From positions 215,946,001 to 216,010,000 of the forward strand of contig CM097885.1 in assembly GCA_044892525.1 (NCBI GenBank): 64,000 nucleotides of DNA, in the 5' to 3' direction. This DNA is from Schmidtea polychroa. Taxonomy: Eukaryota. A program made the position numbers and the translations under genes. This document shows, piece after piece, positions 50,922 to 63,249 of this stretch. A model generated the notes under the pieces. The model had not been told where the DNA came from, did no database searches, and saw only the letters and a list, made by a program, of their open reading frames with translations. Positions within the stretch are counted from its first letter, which is position 1. Every line of letters starts with the position of its first letter.

Positions 50922-51368
50922 TACGAAGGCGAAGAAAAAATAGTAACATAAGATTTATTTTTTAAGTTACAATTAATTTATAGTTTATACAGCGTTTCAA
51001 ATATATATTTCATAAACTCGAAAATCTTAAGTTTTATTAACTTAAGTTTAAAAAATATTTTGATAGAATTTTAGAACTTGACAAAACCAGAATAATCAAT
51101 GCCATGAAAAATCAAATGCAGCATTAGGACGACAATATTAAGAACGAATGAATTCAGTTCAATGTTCTTTTCAAACCGCTACGATGTTGTCAACGAGACT
51201 CTGGAAAGTAAGTTCAAGAAGAAGATTATAAAAACGTAAAAAAACTATTTGGTTGATTTTCGTTTTTTTCTCAAGGTCTTAAAACAATAGAAATCTTCGG
51301 TGATTATTTTTATGTTGTTAATGTAGTGCTTCTGACTCCCACTCTCTCAATTTAATAATTGAACTTAA

Positions 51369-51514
51369 CCGCTTGCGGACGGTAGGCCAGCACTGCTGGC
51401 CACGAATTATGTTCCAGACGTTCTACAATGTATAATGGCAATGTATAAAGATTTTATGCTAAAAAATAATATATTAAAATACTACTTATTAAAATTAATT
51501 CCGTCCGCAAACGG
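51369..51514. mobile_element. piggyBac-type MITE, 146 bp
   Basis: TTAA|CCGCTTGCGGACGG ... CCGTCCGCAAACGG|TTAA (13/14 TIR). Internal hairpin GGCCAGCACTGCTGGCC. Confidence 0.85.
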
Positions 51515-53534
51515 TTAAAATATATTATTAAATTAATTAAATTAAAATCAAAATTAAAAGCATTGTTTAAATAATCGGGACTGTTTTTTCCAAAAATCAA
51601 ATTCAATATAAAAAAAATAATTAGACATTCAACTTCCCAATCATCAAATCTCGTCGGAACCAATAAAGCAAATATGCCAAACATTCAAGAAACTGAAGCC
51701 TTCGTTTTATTAGCTATCATCTATCTGATGATGGTCAAGATCTTCAACAATATCCATACAATCGCCAGATAAAGTGTCCGTGCTTTCTTTGGTACATTGA
51801 CTATTGGAGCAGATATATCAATTATTTATCTCAATGTTCTTTTAAATAAAATCTTTATTCGAATTAGTTGTATGTCTCTAAAATTGATCTAACTTATTTT
51901 AAATCGAAATAATTCCCCAATTTAATTTATAAATTCTAAAAATGCTAAGAAAATTAATTATAAATAAACTATAATTGAAATAATTCCAAGCTAAAAAATA
52001 TCTAAAAACATTTATATCTAGTGAAAAAATTTTTAATTAATAATTAAATCGACCGAGGCCACAGCAAACTTTTAGTTAGTGCGTAGCTCCAAGGTACCAA
52101 TGCAACACTAAAGGTTCACCGTATCCGAGTCTAGTGGGCCATTGCGAGGAATAACTTCCTTAATTAATGAAAAGGACTTAAAGCGCATGACGACAACTCA
52201 CCAAAAATCTATACTCAATTGAAATCAATTGAAAGTTTTCTATGCATTTACTAAGGAATAGTAAAAGCTCGTTTCTTAAACGTCCAGTGGGTTGAGAGAA
52301 ACGAGCATATAAACTTTATTGACACAAAATCATCACAACACACAAGAAAATTTCAAATTGGGCCAAATTTAATGAACTAGGACATATTTTAAACCTTTAA
52401 TGAATAAAATTAAGGGCAACCCCTTACGAAAAGTTGCTTCAAGCCAGATATTAGTTATAGACATAAACTAAAGGGGCCCCTATCAAATTATTCACAAATC
52501 AATTATAAATTTCCCAATTATAAATTATATTCGACTCATTGTCCTTACTACCAATTATTATATTATTAGTACATTATTACATTTATGTTAACCTCAGATT
52601 CATTAACATTATTACCTTATTATTAGTTTTATGATTATTGCGATGTTTTGTCGTCCTTTTCTCGAAAGTTCAAAGTAGAGTTGTCCGATTCAAAATCTAA
52701 AATATTTTCCCCCATGAATTTTTAATATATTAAAAATAATGATATGTTAACAATATGTTAATTACTTTTAACTTTCGAAATAAAAAAAGCTATAATAATT
52801 TGCATGTATTTTATATATGCTGTGTTTGTATGTAAAATTATTTTCTGTCACTTTCTCAATTCCTATAATAAAACTTTTAACTTTCGGAACATTAAAATTG
52901 TAACACAGGTAAGTTTGTGTGTTACTATAGTATAATTTTTTAGATTATAGAAACTTTTATATTTCGGATTTAGGTGTAGTTTAGATCAAAATATTTCATT
53001 TTTTCTGAAAACAATACTGTGGATTATAGGTCAAATAGTTATTTACTTAAATTATATTGATTTGAAGCTCAATAATAATAAAAATTAATAATTAAAAATA
53101 TTTCACTAGGAAAATATTTCACACAATGAGAACTACCCTTACCGCGTTTCATCCCATGAACTAAATTGGGTAGACGATTCAGCCATTTCAAGCAGTCTTG
53201 GCCAGTGAGGACGGGTTAAGAACCAAAGCATCAGAGCTAACAACTTGAAAACCAGTCCTCACGACCAAAACCATTTTACACGACAACATTATACCTTTAA
53301 TCTAAACTTACATAATCTCTGAAATATAAGAAACCATTTAAAAGTAGAAATGTAATAATATTACAAAATGAAATACCCGATATGTGGTTAAATAAACCAA
53401 AATATAATTAAATTGATTTAAATAAACAAGCTGGAATAATAATAGCTAATGTATATGTAAATAATCGGATATGAATAAGTAAAATGTAATAATCGTATAT
53501 TTTTCGATGTTCACGAATTTTCGGCACTACCTTA

Positions 53535-53715
53535 TACATTATTAAAAAATATTTGACTATGAATCAGTAAAGAATATCTATATTTCTTTTGATATTCACG
53601 AATTTTCAGCACAGCCTTTTTGAAAATCACCTGAAAAAGGCTGTGCCGAAAATTCATGAACATAAAAAAAATATCGATATCTTTACTGATTCATAGTAAA
53701 ATATTTTATAATAAA
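53535..53715. repeat. Foldback palindrome made of two Tc1-like TIR arms
   Basis: ~80-bp inverted arms around 53625-53635, same family as the 26893 and 30153 arms. Another partial arm at ~31620-31680. Confidence 0.75.
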
Positions 53716-53772
53716 TACACTGTCAATTGAAAAGAAATCAGAGGTGAAAATTGAAAAGTTTTTATAATATAT

Positions 53773-53801
53773 ACTAGCTGTTTTACCGGACTTTGTCCGT
53801 G
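53773..53801 (+). mobile_element. Possible Helitron-type terminus
   Basis: ACTAGCTGTTTTACCGGACTTTGTCCGTG resembles, from recall, the CTAGCTG..CCCG..CTTCG.CCG ends of insect non-autonomous Helitrons. Confidence 0.3.
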
Positions 53802-54070
53802 TTTACATTTATTATAATAATTCATTTAAATTCATTTTTTTTATTTTAGATAATCTCTGACACTTTAATTTATCTTCTAAATAAAAATCAATTATTAAAC
53901 AATCACGAAATAAATTATTCGCTCCATTCTCTGAATTTCATTTCACTTTTTTAATTCTTTATTTCATATGAGTTTAAATATTATTATTATTTATATTAGT
54001 TTTAGTTATATATTACATTTTCAATATAAATTACATTTTCATTATTTTTTTTGCATAATGACGTTATAAC

Positions 54071-56230
54071 CAACGTTCCCTCTAATTTTTCCTCGACATA
54101 TGCGGCGGAAAATTCGCGTGGGCAATTATTTTTTAATAAAAGACAAACTTGGCAAATTTTTGGAAAAAATAGTTTCTAATGAAAAAACAACATTCCTTAT
54201 TACATAGTTCAACAGGTAATATATATTAAAAATTATAAATAAAAAGAAACTCAAAAAAACTTAAGAATTCATAATATTTTGATAATAAAAAATAATTTGA
54301 AAATTTTTATTTACATCTTTTCATGCCTCTCTTTATTATTTGAATTTTATCTCTTTATCTCTTTATTACATGAACTTTATCTAAATCAATATTGCCACGT
54401 GATGAAATAAATGTCTTTATTCTCATTAAGTTATCCAAATTATCCACTTTTAGTATGTTTCTAGATTTAGATTTTATTGAATTCATTAAACTAAACCCAC
54501 GCTCGCAATCGTCCATAAGCGTTGATAACTCTTTAAATTGGATATCTTCATAAGCCAACTTTACTAAATCTAAAAAACTGAAAATATAGTTGCTTTTGAT
54601 TTTTTCAATAATTAAAAATTTGAAATCTGTATATTGTTTTGAAATTTGTTTTTCTGTTTCTGTGTTATATTCAGGTATGATATTTTGATATTTCGTTACT
54701 AGTTCTTTCTTATAATCTTGTTCAAAGTTAAAATCTTTTGAATTTGTTATAATATTATGATCAAATACATTCCAATCCATTACATCTTCTTCTGGGAATC
54801 TATTACATAAATTTTTGTATAATAGCTCTATGAATCGCAATATTTCAGAAGTAACCTCACCAGGATATTTATCAATAAGTTTCTGTGCACAATCACTCCA
54901 ATGAACGCTTTCACCTAAATTTTGAGTTTTGAGTTTTTTAATCTTTGCTTTCGCAAATTGCATTGCTTTCATTACAGTCAACAACTTCCTTTGAAATATT
55001 TTGCAAAGAGCTGACAACTCTTCTAGCCCATCATTTAAAACTATTATTGTAATACGATATTTTGGATCTTTAAGAAGTTTTGTACAATATTTATATATTA
55101 TATCATTGCCTTTTTCTACTTCGTCTGTGCTGTATTCTATTAGTATATCGTAATGTCTCAATAACCATCGGACTTCATCTAAGGGACGAAATGATAATAC
55201 GTCACATTCGGTTACGCAAGCCACTTCTTCGAAACTGCTTTTCTTAACAGTTGATCTACTAAACATTGTATTGTCTTTAGTAATTTCTCAATTTTACACA
55301 TTATTGGTACTTGTTTCCAGACATCGTCAATTCCCAAGTCTTCTCTATGGGCCACACAATGTTGCTGCAACACCATTATTTATCCAAAGCATTAGAGATG
55401 CCCCATCTGATGTAAACATTACCATTTTCTCCATATTTTGATCATTTTTAATATAAAATTTGTTAATTGCTTCAAATATACAGGAACTATTACATTCATA
55501 CAACTTTATTATTCCTGCACAGTTTGTTTGAAACTCGGATGAGTTTTCTGGACGATATTATACATCTAATATTAATGCTTTATGTGTAGATATGTCAGTG
55601 CTTTCATTAACAATTAAACGATAAAATGTCGATTTTCTTAATTCATCAAATATTTCTTTATGAATCACAAAATTAATACATGTTACAAATTCGAAAGTAT
55701 AGTTTTTGCTTCGCCAATTTTTAGGAATTGTTATATACTTTTCCATATGATCATGGATTTCCTGCACTGAAGCCATAGAAGTGTTAATTTTAATAGACAA
55801 AATAATATTATTAATTAAAATTTTAATTCATCAATATTTTTTTCTAGTTTTTTACGTTCTATTAACTCTGCACGATTCTCTCTTCTTTCTGCTGTTAAAC
55901 ATAACATTTCTTTAATTCTACCTTTTCTGTAATTTTGCAATTTAGATACAGCATCCAAATGAATTTTTGTCGTAAATGCCTTTTTAAATAATATAATTTC
56001 CACTGCATCCATTCCTTTTTATTGAAATCGCATTCAGCATTTGCTTCAGCACCTATGTTGCAAAATACGTCTTTTTCGTTATTATAATTAAAAATATCAC
56101 ATAATTTAATATTTTTTAAAAGCAATTAAACATAACATTTCTTTAATTCCACCTTTTCTGTAATTTTGCAATTTAGATACAGCATCTAAATGATTTTTTT
56201 TCGTAAATGCCTTTTTAAATGATAATATTA
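54071..56230 (-). mobile_element. Decayed hAT of the ZNF862/C17orf113-like type
   Basis: Terminus CAACGTTCCCTCTAA at 54071. Motifs LIVNESTDIS, FTSDGASLM, HCVAH, EVRWL and CERGFSLMNSIKSKSRN (303-aa ORF 55266-54355). ~100-bp internal duplication at 55894 and 56127. Confidence 0.82.
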
Positions 56231-56239
56231 TAATAAATT

Positions 56240-57334
56240 TTATTTAAATAAAAATCTGCTCCGAAAAGACAGATTGGTCCTTTTAACGTTCTGCTAAACC
56301 AGTAGACTTATGATCATATGGAGAAGTAAATATCCATTAGATGTTAAAATTATCAACTAACCCTTTTATTTGACTTCCCTCGAAAACCTAACCTCTATCC
56401 AAAACAATGTAAGTTGGTTTACCGAATTTGTATATCCAATTGTGTAAAAGTACTGAGTAGACGTTAAACTAACAATCTTGCTGAACTGATCAATTATTAC
56501 TACCAAATAACTGTTACGGTTTCTGGTTTCCTTCATATGAGCGATTACGGTTTGTTCCATCGAATTTATTGTTACCTTAGGAATTAAATATTCAGCTGTT
56601 TTACTTGTCAAAACTTTCCTTCTCATGCATAATTCACATATATTTATCATATCTCGTATATGGGTTACCATGTGTATCCAAAAGAAATAATCGTTCATAT
56701 AATTTGTTGTTTTCTTAACTCCTAAATGACAAAAGTCCTTTGTGCATATCCTGTACGACTTGTGACGCTATCTTTTGCGGAATTATAATATTCTGCTTAT
56801 CATCATTTACTATAAATAACACATTGTCTTTTACCAATATCTGATCCAACTTTTTTTGAATACATAAGTCTTGTTACAATATCCTTGACAATCATGTTTT
56901 CGGTTTGATTTGCAGAAAGAACTTCGCGCACTAATTTTCTCACTCTGATTACAAAATTTTCAAACCTTTTGTCCGATCTCTGCTTTATCAGACTAATGTC
57001 CTCGATATTTTGCAAAAAAACATTTGAATTTTACATATTTTAAAATAAACCAACTTTTTATCTCTTGATCTGAGGCCGGAGTCTTTTATGCTTCCTTAAA
57101 GGCCACCCATAACTCTTTTGCGTCTCCATGAAATAACAAATCGAATGCTGCTCCTAAATTGAGCGAATTTATCGTCACAAATTCTTCAATAGATACAAGC
57201 CAGTCCTTTTCATTTTCTTCTTTTCCTCCAAAAAACTTCCTTATCACTGGATAGATTGAATCTTGAATATTCTTTGGCAATTTTCTGCCTATGCTATGAT
57301 CTCGTCAGAGCAGCGATTTCGGCGTGGTCGCCAG
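56240..57334 (-). mobile_element. Internally deleted Ty3/Gypsy remnant (PBS, gag, integrase)
   Basis: PBS-like TGGCGACCACG at 57333-57323, resembling the complement of a tRNA-Arg 3' end. Gag FFGGKEENEKDWL..FDLLFHGDAKELW. Integrase HLGVKKT..YFFW..CELC, YLVVIIDQFSK and TSPYDHKSTGLAER. Confidence 0.88.
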
Positions 57335-57992
57335 TAACATTTTCATTAAAAATCATTAAAACTAACACGATATTTTCAAATATATATTTATTATAAAATC
57401 TGAATATTTAAACAATATATAAATTTAAATATCATCACTTTGATAATATAAAAGTTTACAAATTATTAATATTTTTTTTAGTTTTTTAAAAATATTTTTA
57501 AAAAAATTGGACGAATCTTCCGGCCACCATGAAACGATGAAAATAAACAAACTACATTTTACTAGTGTTAAATTGCAATTTCTAAATGTATATTGTTATT
57601 AAGATATTTTTTATGGTACCTACAATTTAGGAAATGCTACTCATAACATTATCAAATATATTATTGTTGCATGTAAAAGATGAAAAACAAATTATGCAAA
57701 AGCGCCCCGTAGCGAAAGGGTTAAAGTTATTTCAAAAGTTAGTGAAAGATCAAGTGCTGAAATAAGCACACTATAAATAATTTTTGATGACCGATTTAGT
57801 GAAATTATTTTGTTGACATTTTTATCTCATCCAAACATCAAATATGATAAAGATGTGTTCATATAAGGGGATGTAAAATTTAGATACATAACAATATAAA
57901 TTCTGGGCAACAATGAGCCGAAAATCGAGTTTATTATAATATTTTTATATTTCATATAAGGAATTTTATGAGTAAATTGAAAATGGATTTAC

Positions 57993-59024
57993 CTGTAACT
58001 TAGAAACTGACGTAAAAATTGTCATGCAATAAAAACAAGTTAAATTCATAGGTATCTTGCCAATAAATAATTTCTTTTTGATGATGAACTCTCTCCGCAA
58101 CATCAATTCTAGAGTGTGACTATTAAAAATATGTTCATTCAACTGTGGCACATTGGGCACCTCAAATCCACAAAGTTTACATGCTATTTTCATATCATTC
58201 CTGTAACTAAATGAAACAGACAAATCTTCCTTTTGAGCATTTTCGGCAAAAGATTTTATTTGAATATATCCATGAAAACATAATGTATGGATGGTCAATT
58301 GAAACAAATCGACTATATTTTCACAACTACTCAAAGCATCTTTATTGAGGGTAGGTTTGTAGTAAAATAAGGCGCAAGTATATTTGACGCCATCACTTTT
58401 AGGTTTTTTATTTGAGGTCTCAGACAATTTATAATACAGAAGATTAAGTTCTGGTCCATGTTCATCAACCGCATGGACTTCATGGACATTGACATCGGAT
58501 GATTGAAATTGAGCGCTACATAAACTGCATCTTTTTGGATGTTTTAATGGACTATGCCGGATCACTAGATGTATTTGGAGGGCAGCTTGAGAACTAAAGA
58601 TCTTGATTTTTTTGCATAAAATGCAAATCAAAGGACAATAAGAATTGTTATACATTTCAATTAATTCCTTCAATTTTGCCACCTCTGTTAAAAAGCATCT
58701 ATGCTCATTTACAGTTGAAACTCGAATTTCCTGGTTACAGAATTTACAGGAAATTAACTGTTCCAAATGCAGTTTCGCTGCCTCCTCTTCCGACAACGAC
58801 GGAGCGTTATGAATGAATGAGGCCATATGAGAGTGCCATTGGACTAAATCTGAAAATTCCATATGACAAAATACACAGTAATTTGAAGATTTCTGAACAA
58901 TATGCGGGTTCCATATATGCGTAATGGACTTTTTCTCATTTTTAAAATAATTTGTAAAGTTAATGTTTTCAGCAATTTGAGAAAAGTATGGAAAACCTGA
59001 CACGTCCTCCTGATTACTATACAT
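57993..59024 (-). CDS. Multi-C2H2 zinc-finger protein, large exon
   Basis: Uninterrupted frame with several CxxC...H...H motifs (CVFC..H..H, CILC..H..H, CSLC..H..H, CKLC..H..H, CFYC). Donor CAG|GTAAAT at 57993/57992. 5' boundary uncertain. Confidence 0.85.
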
Positions 59025-61320
59025 ACTTAAGTTTTTATGAAAATATTATAATCAATATATTTTTAAAGTAATAATTGATAATTAGAAAATGATTATACAC
59101 CAATCTCTCGCTTAATAAAAATTATTTTTACAAAGTTTCGTCATAACGTTATTTCAAAATTAATCCAAAGTCTCGGTTTATGTAATAAAATTTCAATTTA
59201 CGAACAATTTTTCGTTATCGAATTAATTAATAAAGTTTTTATTGATTATTGAATCCTGCCAATTTAATTTACCCACTCCTAACCGGCCCTCTGTCGAGTT
59301 CGCTTCAACTTCCTTTGATAATTGTCTAATTAGTCGGGTCTCAGTACGCTCCGGGATTTCCATTAGCGATTAATTAATTTTTAATTCATTTGTTTTTGCT
59401 TTATAACTTTTTATGGGGATTCCGTAATAAATTTCTGGGCTCGTCTTTTGATTTGACGTTCAACCATACACACTTCCACAGATCAATATTAATTTTCAAT
59501 TAATTTTTGAACTATTAGTATTTTGATTTTTTTAATGATTTTTATTATGCTTCCGTTTTATTTTATGACTATATATATTACCCCAACATTACTTAGACCT
59601 TTGAGGGTTTATCCATGATGGGTGAGAATTTTCAAAGGATCAAAATATTTTATCACTTAAGATTTCATAACACTTCATAATCTATATGTCCACTGAAAGG
59701 GGAAGCAATGATCATAATTTATTTTACCATAGATTCTTCTAATTTTTCCAAGTATTGATTTTTGATAGTAGCCATAGTTCTATTTAGATATTGAATATTT
59801 TCATGTACTTCGGCCCGAATTATTATTTTAGTAAAGTTTCTTGTCATATCATTTGAAAACAGCTACACCCAATTCCGAAATTGAGTAACCTCTATAATTC
59901 ACGTTGGTGTGCACACCAGTTGAGTGAGTCACCATTTACGTGAAAATGAAGTTACTCAATTTCATTTATTCAATTTATTAAAAATGGTTTTCAGGTAATT
60001 TTTTTAATTTCAAGTATATTTTAAGACTTGAATTTTGATTTTATATAATTATGAGATCATTATTCAAGTTCTTAAATATTACTGTTAGTCATCATTTATA
60101 ATTTATCATTTATAAATATAATTTAATTCAATTTCAGGTGTTTTTTAGGAAATTTATGATATTTTATGCATTAATATGGATTTATTTCGTTAAAATGTAA
60201 GTTAGATATTTTTATATTTATAAATAAATAAAGTAATCACCAAACACATTTATTTTTTAAGACATTTAGGAAAAAATCGGCGTACATGAACGAAATAATT
60301 TTTTAAATTTTTATAATCTTCTTTCTGCAGCTCATTTTCGATGGCTTTTTTCTTTCTGTAAATCAAAATATCTCGAAGGTTTTCAATATGTGAAATGCTG
60401 CCTTCCCACATACTATAAAATATTTTAATATTTTGTAATTTAATGAATAAAACTTACATTGTATTTTCTTCTTTTTCCCTAAAGCTCAAGGTAGAGCTGT
60501 CGGAATCTAAATTAAAAGTATTTTCTTGCATTTTTTAATAATTTTAAAATAATTATATTTTAACAATATGTTAACAGTTATTTATTTCGGAACAAAAACC
60601 TATATAAGAATTTTGCATGCATTTTTCATTATGGGTTTTGTGTTGGTGTGTTCAGTTATTTTTCTCTCACCTTCACAAAACCTATAATAAAGTTACTAAA
60701 TTTTGGAACAATAAATTTCTACACACAGGTAAGTTTGTGTGTTCCTATAATATATATTTATTGATTTTTTTTAGATTATAGAAGTTATTAAATTTCGGAA
60801 TTAGGTGTACTTCATTCAATTGATGAGATCACATATACTACTCAAACCCACCTCAATAACAACGTCTGTCATCCTGTTATAATAGTTTACTCCTGCCTAC
60901 GCCCTCCAACATATTTAATTCACTTTCACGCTAGAGAAATTTTGTGATAAAATGACTCGAAAAATTTCTATATTGTTTTATAAATTTATTAAAATACTAA
61001 ATTAAGACTTCTTAAATTTATGAAATTCATAAATTGGTAAAATTTTGATTCTTTAAAAATCCCAAAACAATTGATAAGATTAAAGTTTTTGAAAATTTCT
61101 GAGAATTCTTCCAATATAATTTCCATGGAAACGCCAAAAATTTATTTATAATTGAAAAATTTAAATTTCTAAAAATTTGGTTGTTTATTCGCACCAACGC
61201 ACTCACATTGATAGTGAAATTTCCAAATTTTGGTAAAATTATTTTACTATAATTTTATAATAATCAAATTTCTACTTTCAGGAGAACAATTCCTGGGGAG
61301 ACTTAATTCCCTATTACGGT

Positions 61321-61552
61321 GGGGTTACAGGTAGATCACATTTTATCTTTCGGACTGTTTCCAGTGTAACCCAGAATACAAATATGTTGCTATATTGCTT
61401 GATATCCGTTGAGTGAACAACGTTGGAACTGCTTCAAAGGGGCGAGTACCAGTGAAAGGTGAGCATACCTGTCTATACTATAATCAGTAAGTACTCAAGC
61501 GGGTTCGCGGTCTGCCGTTAGAAATCATGTGTCCAACTTTAATTTAGGTCCC
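61321..61552 (-). ncRNA. Structured RNA module copy A2
   Basis: GGGACC...TTCTAACGGCAG..GAACCCG. GAGTAC/GTACTC around GCTCACCTTT. Bulge AGTTCCAA with upper stem CGTTG/CAACG. Terminal GGGTTAC/GTAACCC. Confidence 0.75.
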
Positions 61553-61600
61553 TGCTGTACTAATCACCTTCTTCATGTTTCTACTCTACTCAATCTCCCT

Positions 61601-62067
61601 TCACATTCTCACTTTACAAGGCAGACATAAAACCTTTAATACATGACTGGATTTATTTATATAAAAGGAAAATGACACCCACTCAACTATCGTGTTAGGT
61701 TCTTGACTGCCATTAATTGTTTGCTCATCTTTAGCCGAGCAAATTCGTTTCCTTCTGCGCGCTGTAGTCCGTTGCTCAGCTTTCTCCATCTACTTTACCT
61801 CCATTGGGCGAATTTGCTGAGCTACCCTTTGATCGATACGACTTTGGCTTATCTCTGTTTCAAATTGGCGAACCTGGAGTGTAAGAGGCTTTAACTCTAC
61901 TTGAACTTGGACGTTCTTGAGCTTTTTGTTCATTTTAGTGGGTTTGAACCAAGTGACTTCGAGTTCTCGGCACCGTCCCTTAACTTTGTTGATCTGGAGT
62001 TGCAACTCTGCTGTCTGTTTTTGTACCGCTCCATTATCTTCACTCAAGGTTTTCATTAGTTCAAACA
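61601..62067 (-). pseudogene. ORF-B exon, copy 2 (one in-frame TAG at 61790)
   Basis: After TTTAG|: VFELMKTLSEDNGAVQKQTAELQLQINKVKGRCRELEVTWFKP...LTLQVRQFETE...RRRKRIC. Confidence 0.75.
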
Positions 62068-63249
62068 CTAAATGAGAAGAAAATGATTGAATTTGGAATT
62101 ACTGACGTTTAATTATCAATACCCAACCCAATTACCGCTGTGGGTCACACGTTTTCGCTATTCTATTCTGTATTATTACCTATTATTACTCATCGTGTTT
62201 TTATTTATATTACTTTAACTTAGTCGTAAAATTATAAATTCATTAGAAATTATAAACTCATTCGAAGACCCATCATTTTTTATTTCAAAACAAAACATTA
62301 CATTCGATAAATTCACACCGACAGTCATCATTGCTCAATGCTGAAGTAATTATCTAATCGATTAAAATCCTTGTTTATTACTATAGATCATGTCCTTCGA
62401 AGACCAAACCACGTCATTTATTCACGCAAGCATTCACTTTCATTCAGACGATAAGACATCAACTAGACAATTTATTTATTAACACTAACATTACAAAAAG
62501 ATTAGTAAGCTACATAAGTATTATAGTTTGTTATATTATGTTGATTATTATTTTTTTTGTTTATTCTATTTTTACTCTTTGTTATATAGAGGAAATTTTG
62601 TAAGACCCGATAGAGTCACCGATAAAAAATGTGGCGGGACAATGTATCGTGTGTATGTATCGCGTACTACACTATAAATAATAATGAGATTGAAATATAA
62701 AATCAACTAAGTACAACTAACAAACTATAATTCTAACTTTTATTTAAAAAAATGCTATAAGACCTTATTTAATAGGGATATCACGAACCGTGGTCGTCGT
62801 CTTTTGAGATTGTTAGTTATTTAATCGGGAGACTTAGGAAATTGTGATTGAAATTGGTGGATTGTAATTAAGAGAGTTTTGAGTTATTTTGTTGAACTTA
62901 GAATAAACTTTGAATATCTAGATCGCTTGTTGTTTAATCGGGAAATTTAGTAAATTGGGATTGAAATTGGTATCTCTGTCTTCTTGGTTTTTAATTTTTC
63001 TTTCGATTGTTCAAAAATATCCAATTGCTGTAGTTATATCTTTCGTAATTTCTTTATGGATTTTTTTCGAATTTTTTAATTTTATTCGATTTTTGTTTTT
63101 ACTATAGCGATAATTTACTATTTATTTTACTATTTATTTACTATAGTAAATTATCGGTATATAGTTTTTAAAATATTTCATTTCCCAAAACGTACGGGAA
63201 CGAAAATTATATAAATAAAAAAAAAGCTAATTGAGGTTTTGTTTTAACC

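Noticed and set aside
57520-57529. Second PBS-like TGGTGGCCGG
   Set aside because: No tRNA match I can name and no associated LTR or ORF.
57701-57724. piggyBac-like end CCCCGTAGCGAAAGGG|TTAA
   Set aside because: No partner terminus found in the window, so it is not called as an element.
48700-59470. Alternative genetic code (TAA/TAG = Gln), suggested by protein-like frames interrupted by TAA
   Set aside because: The 352-codon zinc-finger ORF and long transposase ORFs contain no in-frame TAA/TAG. Stops in ORF-B align to R, E and W of homologs, consistent with ordinary decay.
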